Source: a virus
DNA: 64,000 nt
Direction: 5' to 3' (one strand)
IMG/VR virus record: IMGVR_UViG_3300010354_000069
Span: 1-64,000 of that record
Positions 8,786-18,100 of this stretch are shown here, in pieces; within the stretch, counting starts at the first letter, position 1, and every line of letters begins with the position of its first letter. The translations under genes and the position numbers were made by a program. The notes beneath the pieces are model-generated. The model saw nothing but the letters and a program-made list of their open reading frames with translations, did no database searches and had not been told where the DNA came from.

Positions 8786-10048
8786 ATGACTGTGAAAGCA
8801 GTAGAACTAAAAAACCAAGCTGTCCTTACACTGCTTCGCCGGCAACCCTTCATGTTTCACCTGATCACTCAGCTACGCTATGAAGAGACTGACAGTGTAC
8901 CTACGGCTGCCGTCGTGTTTGACGGCCTGAATAACGAGAGCTGGTTGAAGGTAAACCCAGACTTTGTAGAAAAGTTGTCTGCTCTCGAGCTTGAGGGCTT
9001 GCTGGCCCATGAACTCTTGCACGTGATGCACGAGCACACCCACTCACCGCACGTCCGTGAATGGGCTTGGAACATTGCAACTGATCTTGCAGTAAACACG
9101 GTTTTGCTCAAGCAGGGTTACGTGTTGCCGAGCGGTGGGCTTACCCCGCAAGGTGTTGCAGACAAACTCGCAGAGGATTCGGGACACCCGGTGGAAACCC
9201 CGCCCGAGCTGATGTCGGCTTACTGGTACTATCGCTGGCTTCAAGAGAATGCCAAGACCAACGAAGATAGCAAGGATAGTTGCGGTGGCGGCAAGTCAGA
9301 AACAGACGATACGCGGGACAACCAAGAGCAGGGTAACAATCAGTCTGGATCTTCACTGCAAGACCAAGCTGACCCACACGGTCACTGGTCTGACAGTGAA
9401 GGACAGCAGTCGCCCGAAGCTCGGGAACTTACCAAGCGCATGGTTGCCCAGCATGTGCAAAAGGCTAGCGAGAGCACTGCAGGTCGTCTTCCCGGTTATC
9501 TGGATTCTTTGGTCAATGAACTTTTGCGGGTGTTGGAAGAACCGTCCATGCGGTGGAACCAAGCCCTCAAGAAGTTCGTGGGTTTTAGAGCTGGCGTAAG
9601 TCTGAAGGCTAGCTGTGCCCGTACAAACAAGTACGGACAGATTCCCAAGATCCTGTTCAAGCCGTCTACCAAGTTCATGGTGTTCATTGATGTATCGGGT
9701 TCAGTTGACGACCAGCTGGCAGCAAAGTTCTTCAGTGAACTGGAAGGCTTGGCAAAGCAAGGCAATGAATTTGACTTGGCACAGTTTTCGATAGATGTCG
9801 TACCAATGGGAAGGTTTACCAAAAAACCTTATTACTCTCGCTTCATGAAAGGCGGCACTGACTTCAGTGCGCCATTCAAATTCATGCTGAAGAACAGGTT
9901 GTATAACAAGTACGACGGTGTAATAGTACTTACGGACGGAGAAGCTCCATGGCCAATGCCGGACGAACTTCTGCTACCATCCCTGTGGGTACTGAGCGCA
10001 GAACAGACTACCCCTGCACACATCAACACTATCGTCATCAAGGACTGA
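8786..10048 (+). CDS. Metallopeptidase-VWA protein (DUF2201-like)
   Basis: HELLH zincin motif, WNIATDLAVN, VWA MIDAS DVSGS, GGTDF and LTDGE. Confidence 0.88.
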   Translation: MTVKAVELKNQAVLTLLRRQPFMFHLITQLRYEETDSVPTAAVVFDGLNNESWLKVNPDFVEKLSALELEGLLAHELLHVMHEHTHSPHVREWAWNIATDLAVNTVLLKQGYVLPSGGLTPQGVADKLAEDSGHPVETPPELMSAYWYYRWLQENAKTNEDSKDSCGGGKSETDDTRDNQEQGNNQSGSSLQDQADPHGHWSDSEGQQSPEARELTKRMVAQHVQKASESTAGRLPGYLDSLVNELLRVLEEPSMRWNQALKKFVGFRAGVSLKASCARTNKYGQIPKILFKPSTKFMVFIDVSGSVDDQLAAKFFSELEGLAKQGNEFDLAQFSIDVVPMGRFTKKPYYSRFMKGGTDFSAPFKFMLKNRLYNKYDGVIVLTDGEAPWPMPDELLLPSLWVLSAEQTTPAHINTIVIKD

Positions 10049-10059
10049 CAAATAACACC

Positions 10060-10323
10060 ATGCGGCGCTACACATTTGAATACGAAGTAACCACCGGTAT
10101 CGATGACAGTTTTTTGTCTGGCGGTACGGTAATTGTAGAAGCAACAAACCAAAACAACGCCGAGGTTCTTGGTCGCCGCAGAGTCCAAGAAACGGACAGG
10201 TATTGCGACTCGAGCATGGACCCTGTAATCACACTTACTCTGGAATCGGTAGAGGAAACGATAGATGTCTCAGCAGAGCCCGGCTCGAGTCTGCAAGCAA
10301 GCCAAGGAGTTGTATCCTACTGA
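10060..10323 (+). CDS. Hypothetical protein
   Basis: ATG 10060 (MRRYTFEYEV...). Fills the gap between the VWA and ATPase genes. Confidence 0.5.
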   Translation: MRRYTFEYEVTTGIDDSFLSGGTVIVEATNQNNAEVLGRRRVQETDRYCDSSMDPVITLTLESVEETIDVSAEPGSSLQASQGVVSY

Positions 10324-11434
10324 TACGCTCCTAAGGACGCTGCTTTACAGCAGAGCCTGCACCATAAAGAACCTGGATAATCCGGCAATCAACCCGGCCA
10401 GTATTGTAGTCAATGTCCAAGGTCACGCCGGCGTCGGCAAGACTGCCATGATTCAGCAGTTAGCGCGAGACCTCAGAATTGGTTACGAAATTCTAAATGT
10501 CGGCGGCGTCACTGACGTCGCCGAAATCTTTGGTATCAGCCACGTGAACCAGCTCACCGGGCGAACCGAAGCTACTCCGCCAGCTTGGTGGCCTCTGGAC
10601 GAGCACAGCGAAGGTATCATCAACATCGATGACCTGACTCGTGCGCTTCCCCACGTCATTCAAGCGCTGCAGCAGTTCATCAACACGAGAAAGTTTCACA
10701 ATCTGGTGCTGCCCAAGGGTTGGACCATTGCGGTCACCACCAACCCGGACGACGGCGACTACAACGTGACGTCGGTGGACAACGCCTACGAGACGCGACT
10801 GGTCACCCTCGTCTACAACAGACCAGAAGAAGTGTTTCTCGAGCAACTCGAGAAGCAGGGCGTAGACGACATGGTCGCCAACTTCTGGCAGGTGCACCGT
10901 GAGCAACTCCGCATGCCCAGGTTGGAGCAAAAAGCACCGAAGGCCAACGACCGTACGCGCATGATCTTCAACCACCTGTACCCGTATTTGGCTAACGACC
11001 AAGATGCGCTGATTGCTACGGGTTCTGCGCTATTTGGCTACGAGTGGACTCAGGTGTTTCTGAGCTTTCAGAAGAACGATGACCAGCCGTTGAACCCCGA
11101 CGAGATTCTGGAAATCTATGTCAATGACAGCAGCCTGAAGCAAACCACCGAAAGGTACTTTGCTCAGGGCCGAAACGATTTGCTCAAGGTAAGTACTGAA
11201 AGATTGGTCCACCGCATGCGACAGGTCGTTGCTCTTACCAGTAACAACTGGAAGAATATCTCTGCATTTCTGACAGATTTGCCACAGGATCTAGGATTTC
11301 ATATGTATATGTCTTTGGTTCAGACAGGACAGCCGTCAGCTGATTTGTTCAGAGCCAAGCTTATGGAATTCCCCGAACTTGCCACAAACTTTGTCAAACT
11401 TGCTGAAAGTATTCCAAAGGTAAGAAAGGAATAG
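10265..11434 (+). CDS. MoxR-type AAA+ ATPase
   Basis: Walker A GHAGVGKT, Walker B IINIDD, sensor VTTNP, D.A..TR arginine finger. Next to a VWA partner. Confidence 0.85.
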   Translation: MSQQSPARVCKQAKELYPTDTLLRTLLYSRACTIKNLDNPAINPASIVVNVQGHAGVGKTAMIQQLARDLRIGYEILNVGGVTDVAEIFGISHVNQLTGRTEATPPAWWPLDEHSEGIINIDDLTRALPHVIQALQQFINTRKFHNLVLPKGWTIAVTTNPDDGDYNVTSVDNAYETRLVTLVYNRPEEVFLEQLEKQGVDDMVANFWQVHREQLRMPRLEQKAPKANDRTRMIFNHLYPYLANDQDALIATGSALFGYEWTQVFLSFQKNDDQPLNPDEILEIYVNDSSLKQTTERYFAQGRNDLLKVSTERLVHRMRQVVALTSNNWKNISAFLTDLPQDLGFHMYMSLVQTGQPSADLFRAKLMEFPELATNFVKLAESIPKVRKE

Positions 11435-11444
11435 GAGACCAGTC

Positions 11445-11666
11445 GTGTCTGAGTGGAACCGTAATCGTTATGAGATGCAGCCTCATAATTTCAACGAAAA
11501 GTTCGGACCAAAGACCGCCGGCCACCCTACAGTAGGGCATCCCTGTGCCAAGTGCCGAGTACCGCTGGAATCCGGTGACTACACTACGCTGAACCCGGTG
11601 GACAACTACTCTGTAGAAGTCCACTGGGACTGCATCAACCCGAAGATGAAAAAGAAGAAGCAATGA
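11445..11666 (+). CDS. Small Zn-finger protein
   Basis: CAKC...HWDC motif. AGGAG RBS. Confidence 0.6.
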   Translation: MSEWNRNRYEMQPHNFNEKFGPKTAGHPTVGHPCAKCRVPLESGDYTTLNPVDNYSVEVHWDCINPKMKKKKQ

Positions 11667-11839
11667 CTCTGTTCGAAGACCTTTGTGAGCAACCAGATCC
11701 AATAGGTGTTTTGGCACGGGCTTGCAGTACCCTTGAAGAGCTTTATGAGCACTTGGACATACTGCTTATCAACGAGCCCAATCATCCACACTACATCGAA
11801 CTGCTTATGCTCAAGACTGACATCGAGCGGACCTTGTAG
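11663..11839 (+). CDS. Small hypothetical protein (58 aa, MTLFEDLCEQ...)
   Basis: Not in the ORF track. ATGA overlap with the upstream stop; ends TAG 11837-39. Confidence 0.6.
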   Translation: MTLFEDLCEQPDPIGVLARACSTLEELYEHLDILLINEPNHPHYIELLMLKTDIERTL

Positions 11840-12103
11840 CGTCCTCGCGCGCACGCGCGCGGTCCAGCTATTGGTGAACTTCCCCCTAACTACTGCGTCC
11901 CCTCTCCCTCCTCTCCCCCAAAGCGGCGTTTCATAGGCAAGTAGCCATGCAGCGGCCAACCTTGGCGCACTTTACGTGCACGGAACAAGGGTAGAGGGGA
12001 CGCAGAGCCGGTGCGGCCGCACCGGGGAGGAGTTGGATTTCCAGCTATTGGAGCCACTTCCACTACTGCGTTCTCTGCGTCCCCACGCCTTAACGCAGCA
12101 GCA
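11840..12103 (-). ncRNA. Putative structured non-coding RNA (~260 nt) / candidate replication-origin transcript
   Basis: Lies downstream of the promoter at 12110-12137. 13-bp perfect inverted repeat (11893-11905/11993-12005), 18-bp palindrome 12008-12025, and stems with G-U pairs only on the minus strand. Confidence 0.5.
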
Positions 12104-12109
12104 TGCATG

Positions 12110-12137
12110 ACAATAGCATGCTCATTGCTCCTGTCAA
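12110..12137 (-). promoter_or_regulatory. Sigma70-type promoter P2
   Basis: Minus strand TTGACA(12137-32)-16 nt-TATTGT(12115-10) with extended TG. Embedded in a TGACA...TGTCA inverted repeat. Confidence 0.65.
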
Positions 12138-12140
12138 GTC

Positions 12141-12258
12141 AAAAAAAAAAGAAGCCGGAAGCTCAACCAATGTGGGGACACAGAGCTGGTAGTTATTAGA
12201 CCACCAGAGCGGGGAGCTTCCGACTTCTCTTGTTGGAACCTTGTGAGGGCGTCCAACA
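12141..12258 (-). ncRNA. Putative small RNA (~118 nt)
   Basis: Bounded by promoter P1 and a 15-bp stem followed by a ten-U tract. Has a 5' hairpin and an internal hairpin; G-U pairs favour the minus strand. No ORF. Confidence 0.65.
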
Positions 12259-12263
12259 ACTAA

Positions 12264-12292
12264 ATCCTACACAGTAGCCTAGAGTCTGTCAA
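12264..12292 (-). promoter_or_regulatory. Sigma70-type promoter P1
   Basis: Minus strand TTGACA(12292-87)-17 nt-TAGGAT(12269-64) with extended TG. Confidence 0.75.
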
Positions 12293-12363
12293 CGCGTCTC
12301 GGTCGGTCATGGTTGCAGGTGGTTGGGAATGTTGCCGCCGTTGCTTGAAAAGGAGTCCAGCTA

Positions 12364-12681
12364 GTGGGTGGTGAAGAGTTGGGTGAGGCGGTTGGCAAAG
12401 TGCTGGACCAACTGGCTTCCGTTCTGGCAGACTATCTGCATGTTGAAAGCAAGCTTCAGGTGCACGCCCTCACGTGGACACCGGAAGCAACGTCAATTTA
12501 CATTGACGATCCTCAGTTGGCCGGACACATCACACGTCGAGTCACTACCGAACTTGGTGACATTCAGGTAGTTGTGGACCACGCAACCCGCGGCCCCGTA
12601 TCAGTGGAACTTATCCAATGCCCAATATCGAATACACGCTCGTCAGCGATAACGACATTGAAGACGTTGTCCAGTACCTGA
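12364..12681 (+). CDS. Hypothetical protein
   Basis: AAGGAG RBS before GTG 12364. Confidence 0.55.
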   Translation: MGGEELGEAVGKVLDQLASVLADYLHVESKLQVHALTWTPEATSIYIDDPQLAGHITRRVTTELGDIQVVVDHATRGPVSVELIQCPISNTRSSAITTLKTLSST

Positions 12682-14642
12682 GCGGGGAATCGCTGCTGGC
12701 GCTGGATACGGAAACGTACAGAACGACCAAACCCTATCCCAGAGCCTACGACCTGAAGACGGAAAACCGCTTGTGGATTTCCGATCCTTTCATCAACAAC
12801 ATTCGGCTGGTACAGATTCGGTCACGTGACAGCGAAAGCTTCATCTTTGACCTGATGGAGCTTTCTGGCGCAAGCACTGAACGGCTTCAGTGGTTGCTGG
12901 GGCAAAAGCACATTACTTGGTTGGGGCACAACCTCAAATTCGATTGGCGCATGATTGCCGTCAACCTGGAAGTCGAACTTGAGAAGGTTTGGGACACCAT
13001 GCTGGCAGCGATCACCATCGGCTACGCAATTGGCGACGGTGCCATGTGGTCAAGAGGTGTTGGCCTCAAAGATGTCTGTCGCGACTTTCTTGACGTCAAA
13101 CTGGACAAGACGGAGCAGAACAGTAACTGGGGCGCCAAGGAACTGACAGCAAATCAGTACCAGTACGCAGCAAACGACTTGCTTTACCTGTTCAAGCTCT
13201 ATGACGTACTGATCAAGGCAATCGAAGAAGAGTATGACATGCTTGGTGGAGTGCAGTTGGAAATGGAGCTGCTTCCGGCAGTAGCAGCAATGGAAATTGC
13301 CGGAATCGATTTTGATCTTGATCTGTACTACCGAGTGCAGAAAGCTGCCAAAGCTTATATTCCCAAGCTGGAAGAAGAGCTTTGCAAGTTTATCGGATGG
13401 CCCATGATTGCAGTACCGCCTCTTGAGCGGATAAAGACTGGGCGTAACTGGAAACCAAACCCAAAAAGCTTTGACGGTGAAGCAAAGAGTCCTCTGGATT
13501 CAAACCCTTTCATGCTCAAAGCGTTTCGGGATAAAGGTGTGGAAGTCGAGAACTTGCAGGGAAAGCACTTGGAAGAGTTGTCGGACAAGTACCCAATCCT
13601 GAAAAAGTTCAGTGACTACAAGGATCTTACCAAGCAGCTTGGGATAGCCTACGATGCTTGGGTACACCCACTTACGGGCCGTATTCATCCCGAATTCAAC
13701 CAGTCAGGCGCCGCCACCGGTCGTTTCAGCTGCAATAACCCCAACTTGCAGCAGGTTCCAAAAACGGAAATCACGGACCCTCAGACGGGTGACAAACTCT
13801 GCTACCGCTACTGCTTCATTGCTCCTGATGGCCAAGAACTGGCTTCAGCCGACTACTCGGGACAAGAGCTACGCGTCATGGCAGTACTGTCCGGCGATCC
13901 CAACCTGATTCACATCCACAAGAACGAACCCGACTACGTCGAGGATCCAACGGGCAAGCTGGATGAATATGGCAAACCGGCCATGGTGAAGAACATGGGT
14001 GCAGATGTCCACGCAATGAGTTGCGAGCTGGTGTATGGTTCAGCAGGTATTACCAGATGGAATGCAAAGACTACGCCCTACCCGGGACTATCGGGCAAGA
14101 CGTACAGAGACGTCATCAAGACCGTTGTCTACGGGCTGGCCTACGGCAAGACTGCACCTGGTCTGTCAAAAGACATGGGTATCAGCATCGATGAAGCGGA
14201 AAACATCATCGAGTCCTTTTTCAGACCCTACCGTGTCCTTCACCAGTGGTTGGAAAAGGTCGGCAAAGCTGCCGACGATACGAGATTAAGCCGATACGGT
14301 ATACCAGAAGCTGGTATTACTCGTTGGCGAATGGTAAACTCGGACAGGCACGAAGACAAAGGTGCTTTGAATCGAGCCGGCAAGAACACCCCCATTCAAG
14401 GATGCAGCGCACTCATGATGAAGAAAGCTTTGTGCAGCCTGAGAACGGTTGTACGAGAAGCTGGTGGAACAGTATGCGCTACGATTCACGACGAAGTTCT
14501 CGTCAGATATCCTATCGAACTACGGGACCAAGTGATGGCAGCAATCGACAAGGGCATGACCGAAGGATCCAACGTATTCCTCCGAAATGTTGTCAACGAT
14601 AAGTACGGTGTCGGCTGCGCCAAACACTGGTCAAAGGATTAA
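12618..14642 (+). CDS. polA: DNA polymerase family A (3'-5' exonuclease + polymerase, no 5'-3' exonuclease)
   Basis: ExoI LDTET, ExoII HNLKFD, ExoIII YAAND, TGRFSC.NPNLQQ, motif A ADYSGQELR, motif B K...YGLAYG, motif C IHDE. Confidence 0.95.
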   Translation: MPNIEYTLVSDNDIEDVVQYLSGESLLALDTETYRTTKPYPRAYDLKTENRLWISDPFINNIRLVQIRSRDSESFIFDLMELSGASTERLQWLLGQKHITWLGHNLKFDWRMIAVNLEVELEKVWDTMLAAITIGYAIGDGAMWSRGVGLKDVCRDFLDVKLDKTEQNSNWGAKELTANQYQYAANDLLYLFKLYDVLIKAIEEEYDMLGGVQLEMELLPAVAAMEIAGIDFDLDLYYRVQKAAKAYIPKLEEELCKFIGWPMIAVPPLERIKTGRNWKPNPKSFDGEAKSPLDSNPFMLKAFRDKGVEVENLQGKHLEELSDKYPILKKFSDYKDLTKQLGIAYDAWVHPLTGRIHPEFNQSGAATGRFSCNNPNLQQVPKTEITDPQTGDKLCYRYCFIAPDGQELASADYSGQELRVMAVLSGDPNLIHIHKNEPDYVEDPTGKLDEYGKPAMVKNMGADVHAMSCELVYGSAGITRWNAKTTPYPGLSGKTYRDVIKTVVYGLAYGKTAPGLSKDMGISIDEAENIIESFFRPYRVLHQWLEKVGKAADDTRLSRYGIPEAGITRWRMVNSDRHEDKGALNRAGKNTPIQGCSALMMKKALCSLRTVVREAGGTVCATIHDEVLVRYPIELRDQVMAAIDKGMTEGSNVFLRNVVNDKYGVGCAKHWSKD

Positions 14643-14654
14643 GGAACAAAACCG

Positions 14655-15767
14655 ATGTACATCAATGTAGCCAGCGCCAGTGCTTTCGGAAAGAAGCTGG
14701 CGCTGGCCAACGCTTCGCTGAACGCAAAAGGCGAAACCAATCCCATCTGCGGAAGCATGATGCTGTCTACCGGTGCTGATGGCTTGGCGGTTACAGTTGC
14801 AAACACCAGCTCGCATCAGCTGAAACTGCACGCTCCAGCCCACGTCAACATTCCGGGTTCGGTGCTTATTCCTGGCGATCACTTCACCAAAATCATCAAC
14901 CGGCTTGGGGATCGTAGCGCGTCTTTAAAGGTCGAGAACAACCAGCTGGTTGCCATCACGTCTGACAACGACGTCTACAAGTTCGACCTGTTCCAAGGCG
15001 AAGCTGAAGACTTTCCGGTGGACAGTGACATTCCGCCGGTAGGTGCCGTAGTGGACGCAGACGGTTTCTCGGAAGCCTTGAAATCCGTACTCACAGCGGC
15101 GCTGGACGCCGAGCAGGACATCATCTTCAAGGCCGAGAACAACACGCTGTCCATCTACACCTCGGATTATCTGACTACTAAAAGCCGCACTCAACTGGTA
15201 AGTCAGAACTTTCCTTTCAGCTTCAGCGTACCGCGCAGTACTGTGGCAGCCGGGCGCATTCCTGACTGGTCCGGACCGGTTCAGATTCACGTGCGGTCTG
15301 ATAAGGTGGTGCTTTCCCAAGGCGAAGAACATCTGATGATTCGTCGCGTGGGTCAGGCGGGGGACATCCAAACGATTGAAGAAGTACTTGGAGTTCAAGC
15401 TATTGGCCGTCTTGTTGTCAGTAGGCAGCAGCTTCAGTCAAAAGTCCACATCGTGGCCATTGGCAAGCAAACGTGTACGCTACAAGTCAAAGGCAAGAGC
15501 GAGAAGAACCTTCTGATTGAAGCGGAAAACGCCGGTGTTGGTGGGCACAAACAGGTAATTGCCATTCAAGGCAGCATTACTGGTGTGACAAGCAGCGTCA
15601 AAGTCGATGTCTCGCTGCTTGAAAAGGCGCTTAAGACTGTAGATGGCGATGACTTGCTAGTCGACTATGTAGACTACACGGGAGATGGCAGCAGCATCAG
15701 CTTGCGGTTGGCTAATGACGCCAATCCTGAAAAGAAGCAAACGTTGTTGTTGCCTCTTCAGAGCTAG
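14655..15767 (+). CDS. dnaN: DNA polymerase III beta sliding clamp-like protein
   Basis: 370 aa. N-terminal 'TNPICGSMML...PGSVLIPG', 'AEDFP' and a three-domain spacing like DnaN; divergent. Confidence 0.75.
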   Translation: MYINVASASAFGKKLALANASLNAKGETNPICGSMMLSTGADGLAVTVANTSSHQLKLHAPAHVNIPGSVLIPGDHFTKIINRLGDRSASLKVENNQLVAITSDNDVYKFDLFQGEAEDFPVDSDIPPVGAVVDADGFSEALKSVLTAALDAEQDIIFKAENNTLSIYTSDYLTTKSRTQLVSQNFPFSFSVPRSTVAAGRIPDWSGPVQIHVRSDKVVLSQGEEHLMIRRVGQAGDIQTIEEVLGVQAIGRLVVSRQQLQSKVHIVAIGKQTCTLQVKGKSEKNLLIEAENAGVGGHKQVIAIQGSITGVTSSVKVDVSLLEKALKTVDGDDLLVDYVDYTGDGSSISLRLANDANPEKKQTLLLPLQS

Positions 15768-15780
15768 GAGGTAACCGGCT

Positions 15781-17166
15781 GTGTTGCCGGACAACTGGTT
15801 GGTAAACCCACGTGTCAGAAAGCTTCGACAGAAGTTTCTGACCGTACCAAGGACGAGATTCCTTGACCTTGCCGAGCACATGTTCGGTACGGTAGACTTG
15901 GATCGACAGCAGCTGGGCGCACTCGTCCAGCTGCTCACCGACTCGGAACATTGGCCCTCCATCCAGAGGGCCCAAATGACCACCAGCAGTATCGAACAAG
16001 CAGAACTTGGCGAAGCACTGCTTGATGCGCCAAAAGATGAGTGGCTTCCAGAAATATTGCCGCTACTGCTGGAGCTGCAGCCAGGTTCCAGCATGCTGGA
16101 CTTAGGTTGTCATCAGGGACACGGTGCACAAGTACTGACCGGAGTCAGTTTCTACGAAGGTCACGACCTGAACGCCAAGCGGGTTCAAGTTGCCAAGCGC
16201 CTGTTTCCGGAGCAGCAGTTCCAAGTCACGGATGTAGCCCGGTGGCTGGCTTACGAACCAAGATCCAGCTATTCGCTGGTTTTGGTCCATCTGCCGGCAG
16301 ATCACTACACAGTGCATGGACCTTGTCTGGAAACCCAGCGTGGTCCGGACATCACCTTGGACACCGCAATGCTCGAGTGGGGTGCAAAGTGTTGCACGCG
16401 TGGCGGCATTCTGGTGGGGCTGGTCAGCCGCGAAAGCAACTTGGAGCCTATCAGCCAGTGGTTACGGAACAACGGCACTCCGCTGATGGTTTCTGCTGTA
16501 GGAAACACCACGCTTGTTGTCTACAGGCACGGTATTCGCATGCGCGACTACCCGACTATAGATAATGCGTTTGCCAACTACGAAGAACTTACTGAATTTC
16601 TCATGGCCAAAGGATACCTAGCAAGAACACCTGTTTGCGCTGATGATCCTCGACCTTTGGAAATCTCTGACTGGGGTATCGAACTCGTAGCACAAAGTAC
16701 CGAAGAGTTTTCTGGTACAGCAGAGACATTGCTCTATAAGAGCAAGCATGCTGCCCGCATTCGTTGGCAGAATGACCGAGCTGCGCTCGGCTGGGCTATG
16801 CATCAAGCTTTCAAAGCTACGCGCGAAGAGAGCTGGAATAAAACCGTTGAACGCTTTAACCAACGTTTGGGCATCAACGACTATCTGCAGTATCGGTCAA
16901 ACAGTCTTCACGACTTGCTCAACCTATCCCAAGAGTTTGCAGTAGCGGAAACCCCGGAGTTGAAGGGCCATGCCAGCAAATTGACCAAGCGGTATCACAG
17001 GTTACGGACACCGTACCCGGAGCGGGCTACTGTAGAAAATCGCTACTATAGTTTGGGCCCTGGCGACAAACTACAGCGTAATCAAGAACTCTGGTCGGTG
17101 CAGTTTTCGGAACCAGACTTCTCGGGCAAGAACCCGCCAAAGCTTCATCTCAGTAAGGTCGAATAA
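15781..17166 (+). CDS. SAM-methyltransferase-like protein (degenerate motif IV)
   Basis: Motif I MLDLGCHQG. The expected NPPF/Y position reads VHLPA. Confidence 0.55.
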   Translation: MLPDNWLVNPRVRKLRQKFLTVPRTRFLDLAEHMFGTVDLDRQQLGALVQLLTDSEHWPSIQRAQMTTSSIEQAELGEALLDAPKDEWLPEILPLLLELQPGSSMLDLGCHQGHGAQVLTGVSFYEGHDLNAKRVQVAKRLFPEQQFQVTDVARWLAYEPRSSYSLVLVHLPADHYTVHGPCLETQRGPDITLDTAMLEWGAKCCTRGGILVGLVSRESNLEPISQWLRNNGTPLMVSAVGNTTLVVYRHGIRMRDYPTIDNAFANYEELTEFLMAKGYLARTPVCADDPRPLEISDWGIELVAQSTEEFSGTAETLLYKSKHAARIRWQNDRAALGWAMHQAFKATREESWNKTVERFNQRLGINDYLQYRSNSLHDLLNLSQEFAVAETPELKGHASKLTKRYHRLRTPYPERATVENRYYSLGPGDKLQRNQELWSVQFSEPDFSGKNPPKLHLSKVE

Positions 17167-17789
17167 TGGACAGGAACTGCAAAGCCTGCAAGTTGGGGTG
17201 TGGAAGGGCTGTGCCTAGTCACGGTCCTTCTACCCCCAAGCTGTTGGTCATATCTGATTATCCCGGTGCAAAAGAGACCGAGCTGGGTCTGAACATGATG
17301 GGGCGCGCGGGGCAGCTACTTCGAGATGCTCTGCAAAACATTGTAGGGTTGGATCCAGAGCGGGATGTGTACTATGCAAACGTCATCAGATGTGAGCCCA
17401 CCGACGGTGCCAAGAGCATCGGCAAGGCTGAGATCAATGCCTGCAAGAAGTTCACTCTTGAAGACATTCGCACGGTCAATCCCGCTGCAATTCTGATTGC
17501 CGGTAACTTGGCTTTTCAGACAGTACTGTCTCAGATCTACGCCATGGAAAAAGACAGCGAGTCAGGCTTTAGCCTTAGTAAAGCCCACGGTTCGGTCTAT
17601 GAGTACCTCGGCAAGAAGTACTTGGTTACTTGGAACCCGGCGCACGTTGAGCAGTACAAGTTCAAGCAGAGAGTAGGCGGAACTGATCGCCGACCTCTTT
17701 ACGAGGACTGGTATCCTACTGGGTCAGAGCCTTGGATGTTCATACGGGACATGCAAAAACTGAAGGCTCTACTGGATGCAGAAACGTGA
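17166..17789 (+). CDS. Uracil-DNA glycosylase family 4-like
   Basis: CKACKL, YPGAKE...G..MMGRAGQLL, YYANVIRCEP and EINAC ([4Fe-4S] cysteines). Confidence 0.85.
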   Translation: MDRNCKACKLGCGRAVPSHGPSTPKLLVISDYPGAKETELGLNMMGRAGQLLRDALQNIVGLDPERDVYYANVIRCEPTDGAKSIGKAEINACKKFTLEDIRTVNPAAILIAGNLAFQTVLSQIYAMEKDSESGFSLSKAHGSVYEYLGKKYLVTWNPAHVEQYKFKQRVGGTDRRPLYEDWYPTGSEPWMFIRDMQKLKALLDAET

Positions 17790-18100
17790 AGGGGTATCAA
17801 GGGTGGAGTGGGCGGCCCAGAGAGTACAAGACAATCCGGGTCAGTCAGCTTCCCGAGCACATCTATAAAAAGTGCAAGCAGTACTTAAACGGTCGTAGGT
17901 GGACTACTGAAGAAGAAATCAACCGACTGCTTGCCCTAGAGAAGTTCGAAAGGAACGATCATGTCACAAAGTACCGATCTTCCTCTGGAACTGTTTCCAG
18001 AGAAGATTCACCAGCTCCGTACGGAGATGATGCAAGTAGAAAGGGAACTGAGTCAGCTGAAAGGGATTCGAGCGGAACGCAAGAATACACTGAAGAGTAG
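17786..18100 (+). CDS. Hypothetical protein
   Basis: GTGA overlap with the UDG stop. Its 3' part overlaps the next gene by 140 nt. Confidence 0.35.
   Translation: MKGYQGWSGRPREYKTIRVSQLPEHIYKKCKQYLNGRRWTTEEEINRLLALEKFERNDHVTKYRSSSGTVSREDSPAPYGDDASRKGTESAERDSSGTQEYTEE

Noticed and set aside
11863-12084. Direct repeats as a mini CRISPR array
   Set aside because: Only two short (10-12 bp) copies about 175 bp apart. No 25-45-bp repeat/spacer periodicity.
11890-12108. 72-aa minus-strand ORF (and overlapping ORFs 11606-11959, 11706-11936, 12011-12199)
   Set aside because: Its ATG lies 1 nt from the -10 box, upstream of the expected +1. There is no RBS, and the translations look like products of GC-rich palindromes.
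12141-12258. tRNA, tmRNA, SRP or Y RNA identity for the small RNA
   Set aside because: No T-loop GTTC motif, CCA end, SRP domain IV motif or Ro-binding helix was recognised. Left unassigned.
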